DNA of 64,000 bases from Lama guanicoe. Lineage: Eukaryota. The stretch spans positions 869,457 to 933,456 of the forward strand of contig MU054831.1 of assembly GCA_013239625.1 (NCBI GenBank), in the 5' to 3' direction. This document shows, one piece after another, positions 34,925 to 47,300 of this stretch; positions within the stretch are counted from its first letter, which is position 1; each line of letters opens with the position of its first letter. The notes below the pieces were generated by a model. That model was not told the DNA's origin. It did no database searches and worked only from the letters and a program-made list of their open reading frames with translations. A program made the position numbers and the translations under genes.

Positions 34925-35500
34925 TTGTGTTACAGATTGCCCCCAAAGTTAGTGACTTAATGCAGCAGGCACTTATTATGTCAGAGTTTCTGTGGGTCAA
35001 GAATGTGGCAGCGGGGGAGCGTATAGCTCAGCGGTAGAGCACATGCTTAGCATACACGAGGTCCTGGGTTCAGTCTGCAGTACCCCATTTAAATAAATAA
35101 ATAAATAAATAAAATAAATAAGAATGTGGCAGCGACTCTGGTGGTTCTGGCTCAGGGTCTCTTGAAAATTGCAGTCCAGATGTCATCTGGACTGAAGTCA
35201 TCTGGAGGCCGGCTGGGGCTGGAGGGTCAAGCTCAAGGAGGCTCCGCTCCTCGTCCCGTGGACCTCCATGGAGCTGCTCGAGTGTCCTCCCAGCATGGCA
35301 GCTGGTTCCTCCCAGAGCGGGTAATGCAAGCGAAGAGGAAGATGGAAGCTGCAGTGTGTCTACACCCACCTCAGCTCCCTGGTTTCTGTAACCTTCCGTT
35401 TAGGCAAGTGAGTGACGAAGTCCAGCCCATGTGCAGGGGCGGGGCACTCCGCCCCTGTGAAGGGAGGCGAATCAGGGTTCGTAGACTTGTGTTAAGACCC
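34925..35500. mobile_element. MaLR (MLT1-type) LTR interrupted by a SINE (approximate bounds)
   Basis: cccccaaagttagtgacttaa...gtttctgtgggtcaagaat...tggttctggctcagggtctcttgaaaattgcagtc resembles MLT1. Confidence 0.65.
35013..35119 (+). mobile_element. tRNA-derived SINE (camelid Vic-1-like) with (TAAA)n tail and perfect target-site duplication
   Basis: A-box tagctcagcggtagagc, B-box-like ggttcagtc; aagaatgtggcagc duplicated at 34999-35012 and 35120-35133. Confidence 0.92.
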
Positions 35501-38500
35501 TCCAGGGCGGGCCGGTGCAGGGCTCCCGTGTGGTCCAGCGGTGGGAAAGCGGCGAGGTTTTAGGAGGGGGCAGGCAGCACGTTTGCACTTTACAGCATCA
35601 CTCGCAGTGCAGCGGGCTCAGAAGTAGGTCCTTCAGCTGGGGCTGAGTGAGTTGGCCCAGAGGCCCGGATTTGGGCCAGGAGTGGAGGAAAATACTGAGT
35701 GCCTTTGAAGGCACTTGATAACTCCTCACGTGAGTCAGAGACGGCAGGTGCCGCAGGCCAGGGAGCCAGGCGAGACAGTGGGAGGCCCGTGGAGTTGGAA
35801 GGCCTGGCCTTGGGTCCTCAGGGACTGGAGGAGAAGGACCCGATTTGGGAAGAACGCCTTGAGCGGAGGACCTGGGTTAGACATGCTCTCAGTTATACTG
35901 ACAGGTCTGAATCCAAGGCAGTTTTAGGCCCACAAAACAGTGCAGGCCCTATGCCCTGGCCCCGGGGCCAGTGTCCTGGGCCTGCAGGCAGTCGGGTGCC
36001 TGTCCCTCTGAGTAAGGCCTTCAGTTGGGATTCTCCTCATGAGAGGACAGGACAGGTGGGAGGTCCCCAACTCGGCAAGGCCCTGGGCCTGCGGACCCAG
36101 CCTCCGTCACGCACACCCCAGGGCTAACTGCCCTGGGAGCGTCGAGAGATGGTGGGAGCCCAGGTACCCACCCCAGTGGGGCCAGGAGGCGTGGAGAGCA
36201 GGAGCCTGGGCCCAGAGCCAGGAGCACCCTGAAGTCACCTGGTCAAGAACTGCTGGAAACCTGGCCCCGCTGGACAGGTGTAACCAGGGGGCTCCCTGGG
36301 CCCCCGTCTCCAACTACAGCTCCCATGCTGCAGAGGGCCCAGGGCGGTCTGAGGATGAGACAAGACTGTGGTGGGCCTGGGCCCAGGGGACAGCCATTGA
36401 GGGCCACCAATGTGGACTGCTCCTCCGTGGGGTGGTTACAGCGGGACGGAGTGGGAGTGGGTTTTGGAAGCTTGGGTCTCTTTCCTGCCCCTGCCTCGAG
36501 GCTCCAGCTGAAGGTAACTTGCCAGGCAGGGCTGGAACAAAGCCATCTCTGTCCTTCCTGCAACCCAAGGTCAGCTCTCCAACAGAAGAGAGGCGGGTCC
36601 CACCCCTAAGGGCTCAAAGGGTCAAACTCGTTTGAAAGTGAGGAGACGCAGAGCTTGTATGACCCTCACAGAGCCCAGAGGTGGGTGCTGCCACTGCCCT
36701 GTTTCACAGCAAAGAACTTGGGCTTCAAAGGGAGGAGGTGGCAGCCCGGGACCCTGGGCTGTAGGTGGGACGGAGCCAGCGCTCTGAAACCATGCAGACC
36801 GAGTTCACCGCGTGCTCGCAGGGGACTGGGCTCTTTGGAAAGCTGATCTTTAGATGAAGTTTTTTTTTAAGCCTCATTATACAAAACAACGCATGTTCCT
36901 CACAGGAGCTCTGCCCCTGCCCGCTGCTCCTCAGTCGTCGGGCGTTAGACTTTGTTGCAAGCACGACGCAGGCCGCTGCACCCCCAACTTCAGTCTCCTG
37001 GTGACGCGGGGTATTCTCTGCCCTGTGGGGTCACATTCACTTCAGATTGTGGAAACTCTTCCTCTGCTTGCTCATTCGTTTTTGAACAAGGGAGGTTTGT
37101 CCAGGCCTGGCTGGGTGGGCGGCGGCGATCTTCATGCCCTGCCCGTGGCCGTCAGCCCCACTCAGACGCTGGGCCGGGACCAGGGGTCATCGCCCTGCTC
37201 CGGGCTTCATCCTCCCAAGGCCTGGCCAGTGGTTATTCAGAGAGAAAGTGGGAAAACAAACAAAGGTTAAGAGCTGACGTCGGACTCCTGTCAGTGAAAG
37301 GCCGGTCTGCGTTAGGGAACACCCCTGGCTGGGTGTGCGGCTTAGGTAGGGCGCCCAGGGCGGGGCGGCCCCCGGGTGGCTCCGCCTGGCTGCGGAGGTC
37401 TGATGCTGGGGGGTGGAGCGGGAGGCAGTGGCTAAGGAAAGGAGGCCGGGGTCCCAGCCGCGCTGACAGCGAGGATCAGTTGGTGTGTCTTTGCCTGGCG
37501 CTGTCTCCGCGACCCCGGGAGCAGGGAGCTCTGCGGCGTGGCCTCCCCCCTCTGCTCTGCCTTCGTGCGTCCCTCTGCCGACCCCAGGAGCGCCTCTAAT
37601 GTTCCAGCTCACGAGCCCCGTCTTCCTTGTGACCATGCTTCTCAGCTTTCGTTTTTAATAATTGTCCCTTAAAAAAATTTCCAAGGCCTCCAGTTCTTTT
37701 TCCTAACTCCCGGCTGTCTCAGTGCCTATTCCTGTCTGGCGGTTTATTTCACGCCCCCCCACCCCCACCCCATTATGGGGCTGTGATGTTAATCCTATGG
37801 TTGTGAAGTCCTCTTGATCGCTCTGCCAGCTCTGTTCCTCAGGGGCCAGTTTGGGCTGGGGAGTGTGGTGACCTCTTGCCCATGGTCAGTGCCCTCCTAG
37901 GTGGGTGCTTGGTTGAGTCTTGTCTTTAGATCTGAAGTTCCCCCCAAAGCATTTGGCCTAGGAGAGGGGGACGGCGGGGGAGAGAAGCACCCCCAGGACA
38001 AGTCTGGGCTGCGCAGGACACAGCCTGAGGGGCTCAGACACCCCGGCCTGGACTCCAGAGAGGCTCCGTGCAGCGTGGGGCTCTCCGTGCACAACCTGCC
38101 TTCCTCACACCCTTCCTCACCCTCAGCTCTCCAACACGGCGTCCCTCCTCACGGCCCCGCCTTCCTTGGCCCCAGATCTGATGCTCACAGCCACTTCCAT
38201 CCCCATTCTGGGCATCACCCCCTTGGCTCCATGACACTGCTCTCCTGCCTGCCTGGCTACTCCCTTCTCTGTCCCCAGAACGCAGCTGTCTCCCAGCATT
38301 CTGCCTTCAGACCTTATGGTGGTCATCACGGTCATTTGTGAACCCCCAGCTCCGTGCACGTGGCAGGAGGGGCCGTGTGGGGCCCCCGGCACGTCTGATT
38401 GCTGGTGTGAGCCCCTTCTCAGCTCTCCTTTATCCTGGGGAAGGCACGTGGGATGTTTGCGACCTCCTCTCCTCCGTCAGGGGTCCCTGAAGAACCACGG

Positions 38501-40381
38501 TGACTGGAACCCCCACCCTGCCCGCCTGAAGTTGACACGTGGCACAAGTGAGAAATAACCCTTTGTTGTTCAAAACGTCGGCGTTTTAGGGCCGTTCGCT
38601 GCCGGAGCGTGGTCAGCCCTGGGAGAGGCTCGGGGCTGGCCATGGCCCACCACGGAAGCTGGAATGCTGGCAGCTGTTACGCAGCGGCGAAACATTTGGT
38701 AAAACTCAACTGTGATGACTCATGAGGCAAGTGATGTCCAAAATAACTCGCAGGTCTGGGGGAAGAGGTTGGGAAACACTGGCAGCATGTATTATCACAG
38801 GCTGTGTCTGGCAAGATACCCAAGGGGGAGAGAGGCTGAAAGCCATTCCGGGTTTGCAAGCTAGAAGGAGTCAAGAAAGGCAGAGATGCAGGGACTCGCA
38901 GGGTCGAGAGGCCTCCCGCTCATCCGAGGGCAGGTCAGAGCCAGGACAGGCCGAGGAGATGGGCGCCACCCTCGCTGTGACAGTAGAGGGCTGCTTCTGA
39001 GCTTTGCAAAGTCGGGAGAGCGGCAGGCGGGGTGGCGCCGGGCCGGTGGGGAGCGAAGCGCATCTCAGCAGCACCGCAGGCCTTGGGGGCTGGAGTCAAG
39101 GGCTGGGGAGACTACGGTGCTTTTGAGTTGAACTACCCAAGGAACTAAGGGCCTGGGACGGAGAGGTTGGTGCCTAGAGACTTGAGAGTGGCTTTGGCGG
39201 GGAGGAGGCTGAGAAGACAGGAAGAGGACAGACCCTTCCAAGGGCAGCGCCAAGGGCCACAGAGGACCCTGCGCTGGGGGACCCGTGTCCCTCCTTCCAC
39301 AGGGACGCTGCTGCTGTGGCCCCACCCCGCTCCCTGCGGGGTAGGTGTATGGCCCTCCACCTCACAAGTCTGTGGGTTGAGCAGAGCCCCACCCGGTCCT
39401 GGAGCAGGGATGCGCACAGGCCCTCATTCACGGAGGCCACCCGGGGTCCTGTACCGTGCCTGGCCGGGACCAGGTCATCTTCTGGCCAGGGTGAGTGGTG
39501 GATCTTGACTGCAGGAAGGAGAGTCAGCAGGATATTTGGTGACCTGGGGGCTGGATGTGGCAGGGCCAGTGTGGCCGGCCCTGCCTGAACTGTTTCTCAT
39601 TCTCCTGCATCCTGGCCCCTTGTGTAGGGTGGGCTCTGGGACTGGGTCTGGCCAGTTGGTCAGGTGACATGTCACTTTGGGACCAGAGCACATAATCCTG
39701 GTGGGAGAGCTTGCAGTGCTGCCTGGCACAGAGACCCACGAACAGGTGTGTCAGCCTAATCCCGTGGGAGACCCCGACACGCTGAGCGGGACCCTGCCCT
39801 TGGCCCCAGTAGCCGCATCACTCCTGTGCCCGCAGCACAGCCATGCTTCGTGGAGAGGCCCCCATGGGGTCCCCGCCCTGTTTCCTCGCCTGAACTCCCC
39901 CCGCGCCTGCAGCCACTGCTGTGCCTGTGCTGGTGGACGTCTGCAGCCCCTCAGTCTCCATCTTCCAAGATCGCACTCACCTTCTCCTTTACTCCAGTTC
40001 GGGACAGGGGAGCACCACCGAGAAAGGCTTACAGCGAGGGTGGTGACAAGTGACCTCCATTATATTGGTGTGCTAGGTCCAGGAAAGGGGCGTGGCAGAG
40101 GCCTGGCGAGGGGGTCGGGGAGGGTGGGGGCAGCCCGTGGCTGCTGCTCAGACCCCCGGGGCCGCAGGGCAGGGTCTGAGGCCTGAGGGCAGAGCCAATG
40201 GTCAGGAGTGGCTGGGTGCTTAGGAAGGCCCGCAGCCCTATCCAGCATCTCCCTGCCTCTGGCCGGGAGCCTGTGTCTGAGGACAGGGCTGACCAGCTCT
40301 AGACCCCGCCTCGCGGCAGCTGGGCACACATGAAGGAAGAGTTGGGACCAACAAGCTGGGAGGTAGTTTGCAGAGTGGAGG

Positions 40382-40387
40382 TTTAAT
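40382..40387 (-). terminator. Poly(A) signal ATTAAA of RNPEPL1
   Basis: tttaat on + strand about 680 nt downstream of the stop. Confidence 0.65.
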
Positions 40388-41065
40388 GGGACAATCATGG
40401 TGACCCCATTGCAGGGGCCCAGGTGGCCCAGCTCTAACCAGGGTCCCCAGGCCTCTGCCAGCAGGGTGGGCCTAAGAGCACCAGTACCACCTGCCCCCAT
40501 CTGTGTTACTGCTGCTCTGGCCGCAGGCAGCCACAAGACAGACAGTCCTGTCCCACCCCGCCCGGGGGCCTGGGACCCCATGTTCCCTGAGGAGCTAAGG
40601 CTTTTGGGGGGGCCCCTCCCCAGGGACATCCACCCTCTCCTTAGTGTCCCCTGCCCCCACACTGAGGGCATGTCTATGTCCTTGTCCCTCTGCCAGGGCC
40701 AATGGAGACCACCAGCCCCCGGGGCGGGGTGCAGGGCTCTGCGGGGCGAGGCTCGCTATGGGGACAGCACAGCCAGGCCTCCCAGCAGACTTAAGGCACA
40801 GTGTGGCGGTGGCTGTCAACCCGGGGCAGCGTCTGGCAGTCAGTGTTGAGACAGGAGGGCGTGGCATGTGCTGGCCATTCTGGGGCCTGCAGTGCAAGAG
40901 AGCTGGGGGACTGGGTCCACTGGCCTCGGCTGGCCCCGGGCAGGTCCCTGGGAAAGCCCGCGAGTGGGGCGCGTGGGCCCGGGCAGAGCTCACGGCCAGA
41001 GCCGCGGCGCAGTCATGGCAGGCCCGGGCCACAGAAGGCACAATCGTGGTGTCTGGAGGTCACGG

Positions 41066-41353
41066 CTAGGCAGACACATTGACGTCCCTGAGAGAGATGG
41101 CGCTGCTGGGGGCCTCGTCCCCAAGCAGCAGGGCTGGTGTGTCCGCATCCGCCTCTGAGTCCGCTCCGGCACTGCCCTGCTCCACGCTGGGCTCGACACT
41201 GGGGCCCAGGCCCTGGGACAGGATCTGCTGGATGGTCCTGCGCAGGTTAGGGTGCAGCCGGCCCTGCGTCTGGTAGAAGACCTCCAGGGCGAAGGACTTG
41301 AGGGCGCCGGTGCACAGGTCCTCATACAGCGGGATGGTGTACATGCGGGACAT
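41066..41353 (-). CDS. RNPEPL1: RNPEPL1 exon 11 ([10 protein letters not shown]...DVNVSA*)
   Basis: AG acceptor, TAG at 41066-41068. Confidence 0.95.
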   Translation of the reverse strand: MSRMYTIPLYEDLCTGALKSFALEVFYQTQGRLHPNLRRTIQQILSQGLGPSVEPSVEQGSAGADSEADADTPALLLGDEAPSSAISLRDVNVSA

Positions 41354-44300
41354 CTGCGGGGGGAGGGGGCGGGGTGCAGGGCACTCAGGAGAATTGGCCG
41401 CCCCCACACGGCCACAGCGGGACCCCTCTGCCCTCACCCCGTCACTCACAGGCCTTCTACAGAGGCCCCGTCTCCAGGGAGCTTGGGCTGAGGGTGCTGA
41501 CAGGGGACAGGTGGGGGAGTGGGGAGGCCAGGGCCCCTGTGGGACCACCGGGACCTCTGAGGAGCTCAGATGCCCCGGTGTCCAGGCCCGGTCTCTGCTC
41601 CCAGCTTGGCCCCTCCGGGCACAGCCTCCCAGGGTCTGGCGGTGTCTGGTCTCTTCCCCCCACTGCCACCTTAGATTGCGCGTCTTCCCCGCACCATTCT
41701 CTGGGGTGCCCAGCCTGAACGGTCAGACCAGGGGGCCGTGGGGGGCGCAGCGGCTGGGGGAGGAGGCCCGTGAGGGCAGTCGCACCTGGCTCTCGAGGAA
41801 GCGCCGGACCCTGTGGAGGTCGGGGTAGTAGTCGTTCCGGACCACGATCTGCAGCCAGCGGATGCGGATCTCGGCATTCATGGAGTCCAGCAGGGAGGAG
41901 TAGCAGTTGGACAGGCTCATCACCACCTCTGCGGGGCGGCAGGCAGGTCAGGGCCCTGCAGGCGCACCCCTCCCCAGCCACCTGGGCAGCTGAGGGACTC
42001 ACCCTGGGGCAGCGGGGACCCATCCAGGAGCCGGTCCAGGAAGAGTGCAGTCTGGAAGGTCCTCCACTTGGAGATGTCGATGGTGCTGGCAGAGGCAGCC
42101 GCCTGGTCCAGGGGCTCCGCAGTCCACAGCTGGAAGAGGGCCTCCACCGGCCGGGTCAGGCTAGACCCCTGAGACAGGTCCGGCTCAGCCAGCGGGGGGC
42201 CCGTGGCATTAAGCCAGCGCTCGAACTCCAGCCCTGCAGGGGACACGAGATCCTAGGGCCTCCTCCTGGGCTGGGGAGTGGCTGCCTGAGCAGGCCTGTC
42301 CAGGAGACTCCTGACCCTGAGGGTGTTCCTGGGTGTGACCATCCCAGGGCCTGGCAGCCCCAAGAGTGGGGAAGTTTGGGGAGGCCGGGGTCAGCTCCAG
42401 CCCCTGCCCTGCAGGCCACTGGAGTGGCTTTTGTGAAGGGGCACAGGGAGGCAGAAGGCTTGGGTTGGTGACTGAGGGACCTCCACCCCTCCAGGTCTCT
42501 CCTGAGTGGAAGACAATGAGGCACTTTAACCCCGTAGCAGGGAGATCGGAGGGAGGCACTGCACGGTGACAGGGTGGGTGGCAACGCACTGGTAAAGGGG
42601 TGTTCCTGCTCTAAAGCCCAAGAGGTGGCTGCCGAGGGGACACGTTCTACCCACCCGCTAAACCCCAGAATCCTTAGCGTGCCTACCGCCCCTTTTGAAG
42701 CACAGGGCCCCCACGCCCAGACCTCCCAGCCATACCTCACCGCCTTCTAGCAAACCCTGGCCTCTCCCTAGACAGCAGATCCCTTCTGTTTCTTCTTTGG
42801 CCCCCAAGCCCTCGGACCCCGAGAGACACCCTCACGAGCGTCATGCAAGCAGGCCAGCTGGCTTCAGCCAGCTCTGAGACAAACCTCCCTCTGCCCTGCA
42901 GATCCTGCCCCAGGCCCTTTGCACACACTTTCCATGGCTCTCTTTCTGGGACTGCCTAATCAAGTCTGCCTGGCTTAAGTGCCACCTCCTCTGGGAAGCC
43001 CCCAGGGCCCCATCAGGCTGGGAAGCACACTCTCCTCTCTACTCCTATGGTGTCCAGCCTAGTGAGGGTTGGCTGCAGGAAGGATGGGTAAACCCAAGGG
43101 GCTCTCCTCCAGGCAGAGGTGGCATCGTGTGAGGGAGAGCCCCACACCCATCCTGGCAGGCCGTGGGCTCGCTGCGTGAGGACATGNNNNNNNNNNNNNN
43201 NNNNNNNNNNNNNNNNNNNNNNNNNNNNNNNNNNNNNNNNNNNNNNNNNNNNNNNNNNNNNNNNNNNNNNNNNNNNNNNNNNNNNNNNNNNNNNNNNNNN
43301 NNNNNNNNNNNNNNNNNNNNNNNNNNGGGGCAGGGCTCAGCAGGCCTGGGAGCTGGGCACATATCGCCGCACCCTCAGAGCTGGGGCCTGCACAGCATGG
43401 CCGGCTAGAAGAGGCCCCGCCCCGAGGGGTCTGCACAGAGGGGTGTGCAAGCCCAGGGTGGGTGCAGAGACACCACTGCTGCCTCACTGGCCCGCCAAGC
43501 GGCCACGCGTGGGAGGGTGGGAAAGACAGGAGGCAGCACCCAGGCTCTGCCCCTGAGAGAGGCGGGCAGGTCCCAGCTCCACCCACAGCCCCGCCCCCAC
43601 CCCGCCCCCGCCCCCACCGCGCCCTGGGGAGAAGGGCACAGCCCCGGGGGCGAGGCGGGTGTGGATGGGCGGGTGTGGATGGGGTAGGAGAGGCGGGGCC
43701 TGTCCCGGGAGGGGCTGCTCACTCGGAGGAAGTCGTCGAAGCGCTGGGGGTCCCCGCAGAGCTGGGACAGGTAGTACACGAAGCAGTAGCCCTTCTCGTA
43801 GGTGAACAGGTTCATCAGGTGGCTAGGGTTCACCCCTGCAAGGGGAACACCCTGGGCTCTGGGCGGTGCCCTGACCCTCCTGTGTCCCAAGGGATGGCGG
43901 CCAGGGGTCAGGGGCTGTGCAGGGGGAAGAGCTGAGGGCCACCTTCCCTCACGTCTGGATGCCCTGGGGGTGCAGTGATTGGGCCTGCTTGTCCCGGGGG
44001 GGGGGGCCTTGGGGGAGACCGAGGGTCCACACACCACAGTGATGGGTGCTCAGAGCCTGTGAGAGGTGGTGGCGGGCTGAGGGAGCCTAGGGAAGGCCTT
44101 CCTGGGGCTGGGAGGGCCTGACCTGGCCTTTGCAGGGATGCCATGCTGGAAGACAGGGACACCCAGCCAGAGGAAGCAAGCGGTAGGCAAGAAGGCCCTG
44201 CAGGTGGCGTCTGCAGGCCTAGGCCAGGTCCTGGTGGGAGTAGGCACCTGGCTCCAGCTTGACCTGCAGCTTGCTGACCGGGCTGTCCTCTCCGAGAAGC

Positions 44301-47300
44301 TTCATCTGCCTGTGCAGGGCATCCAGGCGGAAGGCTGTCTCCAGACAGGTGAAGGCAGCACCTGCAGGGGGGCAGGGAGGTGGGGGGGGGGGCGGGAGGC
44401 CAGCCTAAGAAGCTTCATCTGCCTGTGCAGGGCATCCAGGCGGAAGGCTGTCTCCAGACAGGTGAAGGCAGCACCTGCACGGGGGCAGGGAGGTGGGGGG
44501 GGGGCGGGAGGCCAGCCTGAGCGCCTGGGGCAGGTGTGGCTGCTCCCTGCCCTGAGCCTTGTGGCTGGACACGCAGGGCAGCGGGGCCACACCCTGGGAC
44601 CAGGCTGGGCTCTCAGCCCCTTGTGTGGTGCCCAGGACAGCCCTGGTGGCGCCAGCCGGCACGAGGCCATGGTGGCGCCACCCCCACCCCCCCCAGCCCA
44701 GTACCATAGGTCTCCGTGGTGATGCGGCGCTGGGCGTAGGTGGCCAGGCCTTCGCTCAGCCACATCTCCTCCCACGTGGCGTTGGTGACGGCGTTGCCAA
44801 ACCAGCTGTGGGCCACCTCATGGATGACGTCAATGACCAGGAACTCGTCACTCTCCAGGATGGAGGAGATGATGAAGGTGAGGCAGGGGTTCTCCATGGC
44901 CACGATGGGGAAGGAGGGGGGCAAGAAGACGATGTCATACCTGCCCGGGGATGGGGAGCACGGGTGACCGTTAAGACAGCTGGGGCCTGGGCAGCGAGCA
45001 TCACTTCCCCCGCCAGGCGTCAGACGAGGCCCCCATCGTGGAGCCCGCTGTTCCCTGGGAGTCCTCGGACCCCTCCTGCAGCCAGCCAGGGCTCCCAGGC
45101 GCCCCCGAACGTACCTGCCCCACATGTATGGCCCGTACAGACGCTCGGCGGCACTCAGCCACTGCTCCACCGCGCCTGACAGCTTGCTAGTGGCCGTGGG
45201 CAGGAGGCATGGCTCGGCCCACACACGGCTCCTGTCACAGGGGAGAGGGTGGGCCGGGGCCAACTAGCCCCCGCCCTGCTTACCCCACCAGGCCTTCCCT
45301 CTGGGCTTCTGGGCTGAAATAACACCTGCACCTAGTCTGGCCTGCTGCTTGCCGCCCACCACCCCACCTCACTCACTGCCACCATGCAGCCCCTTCCCAC
45401 AGCCAGGGCCAGGCCACACGCCGAGGGACTACTGGCTCCTTCTGTCTCTGAGTTGACAGAGCCCACACAAGAGTGAGGGTGTGTCAGGCTGCAGCATGGC
45501 CTTGCAGGAGGACCAGGTTGGGGAGGGTGCTGGTGAGGCCGGGAGCCTGGCCTCCAGGCCAGGGGGTACAGGGGAGTGAGAGGAGCCTGGCAGGGATGGC
45601 CCTGGGCAGTGGCAGTAAGGCAGGGCAGAGCTGGCCCCACAGCGTGCCAGCAACACGGCAGCCGCTGCGCAGGTCGGACACCCAGTCCACGGCAGGATCA
45701 CCCCGAGGCCTAGACCCCGGGTGGCGGGAGCAGCTGGGGGAAGCAAGAGGCAGCCCTACCTGGGCCCGATGTCTGCTGGCTGGAGGTCCCCGGCCACGAG
45801 GGCCACGAGGTAGGCAGGCACAGGGTGCTCCATGTGGAAGCGGTAGACGCCCTCCTCCTCCACATAGGTGCTCTGGGTGGCACTCATCAGCACTTGCACC
45901 CCCGACGGGGCCTGTGTTCGAGGAGGCCCCACCCATCAGGGCACCCCTGCCCGTGATGGGGAACCCTGTGCGCCCTGTCAGGCCACCCCTCGTCCCCAGT
46001 CAGAAAGCCCCACACCCACGTCCCCGACGGGAAGCCCTACAACCTGGGCCAGGCAGTTATGCTGTCAGGGACCCCCTCATCCCCATCAGGGACCCCCACG
46101 CTCTTTGGGGAGCCCCGAGCTCCTGGTCTGCACACCTCCTGCCCAAGCCGGGGGTAGAAGTGGGGCGGGGGTGCTGCCACGCTCAGGCCAGGGACCCAGC
46201 AGCTCCGACCGAGCCTCCTTTCCTTGGGGTCCTGGGGCCCATCCTGGGTCTCGGACTCCAACCCTATCAGCGAGGGTGGGCTCCCAGGACGGCGGTCCCA
46301 GTGGCAGGAAGTGAGGAGGAGGGCTGCCGGTGGGCACCGACCTTTACGACAGCTGAGTAGGTGCACTTGACGGCGGGCGTGTCGAAGCAAGGGAAGAAGG
46401 AGCGGTTGCAGACGGAGTGGCCCTGGGTGAAGACGAAGGGCTTGGCGCTGCCGTAGGTCAGCTCCGGGTCCAGCCACCAGATCTGCAGCGGGTGGGGGTG
46501 GGCGTCACCCACGGCCCCGGGCTCTGGCAGTCACACCCTCCCCGACACAGTGGGCCAAGGCCTTGTGGAGACCACAGATGCTGGCGGGCGGCCCTCCTCG
46601 TCCCAGTGAGGCGGGGGCACCTGAGGACCGGGGGGACTTGGGACCCTGTCCCACAGAGAGTGGCACGTGGGGATGCCAGGATACGCCTGCCAGCCTGGCC
46701 TTCATTCCTGACAGCTGGGCAGAGTTCCCCTAGAGGGCAAGGCCGTAGGAAGCAGCCCCAACCCCACTGTCCAGGCTTCCAGGCCCGGAGCTGCTGGGGG
46801 CAGCAGCTGGAGAGGAAGGGAGTGAGGGTCCAGAGGGGCTGTGCCGACTGGGGCTCATCCAGGGCCAACAGCAGCCCCTGGGCAGGCAGGCCAGTCTTCC
46901 TCCAGACAGGAGGCCGTCTCCCAGCCTGTGCCCCTCATCCGCTTCCCAGGGGAAATCGAGACATAGTCAGAGCACCCGAGTCCCAGTTCTCCCAGGCCTC
47001 AGCCAGGAAGGGTGCTGGGAGGAGGGGTCAGAGGACTCCCAAGTTGCAGCGGAGCCCATGGCGGGGGTGCTTGTCTGACCTCACTGCAGCCAGCCAGCGT
47101 CCCCAGGTGCTGGTGCTGCCAACCACCTCCATGGCTGCCGGACACTGTGGCCCTCTTGGCCAACCTCCCCTAGAGCCTGAGGCCAGGCCCGACCCCCACT
47201 AGGGAGCCCCTCCCCGTGCCCTCCTGCCCACCCTGGCCACCAGCTCTGCCTAGGACCACGCCTGCCACCTGGCCCACTGCCACTTCCACACACCACTTTT

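Noticed and set aside
35013-35085. tRNA-Ala-like sequences at 30592, 35013 and 63930
   Set aside because: A-rich tails, TSDs and substitutions in the stems show they are SINE copies, not tRNA genes.
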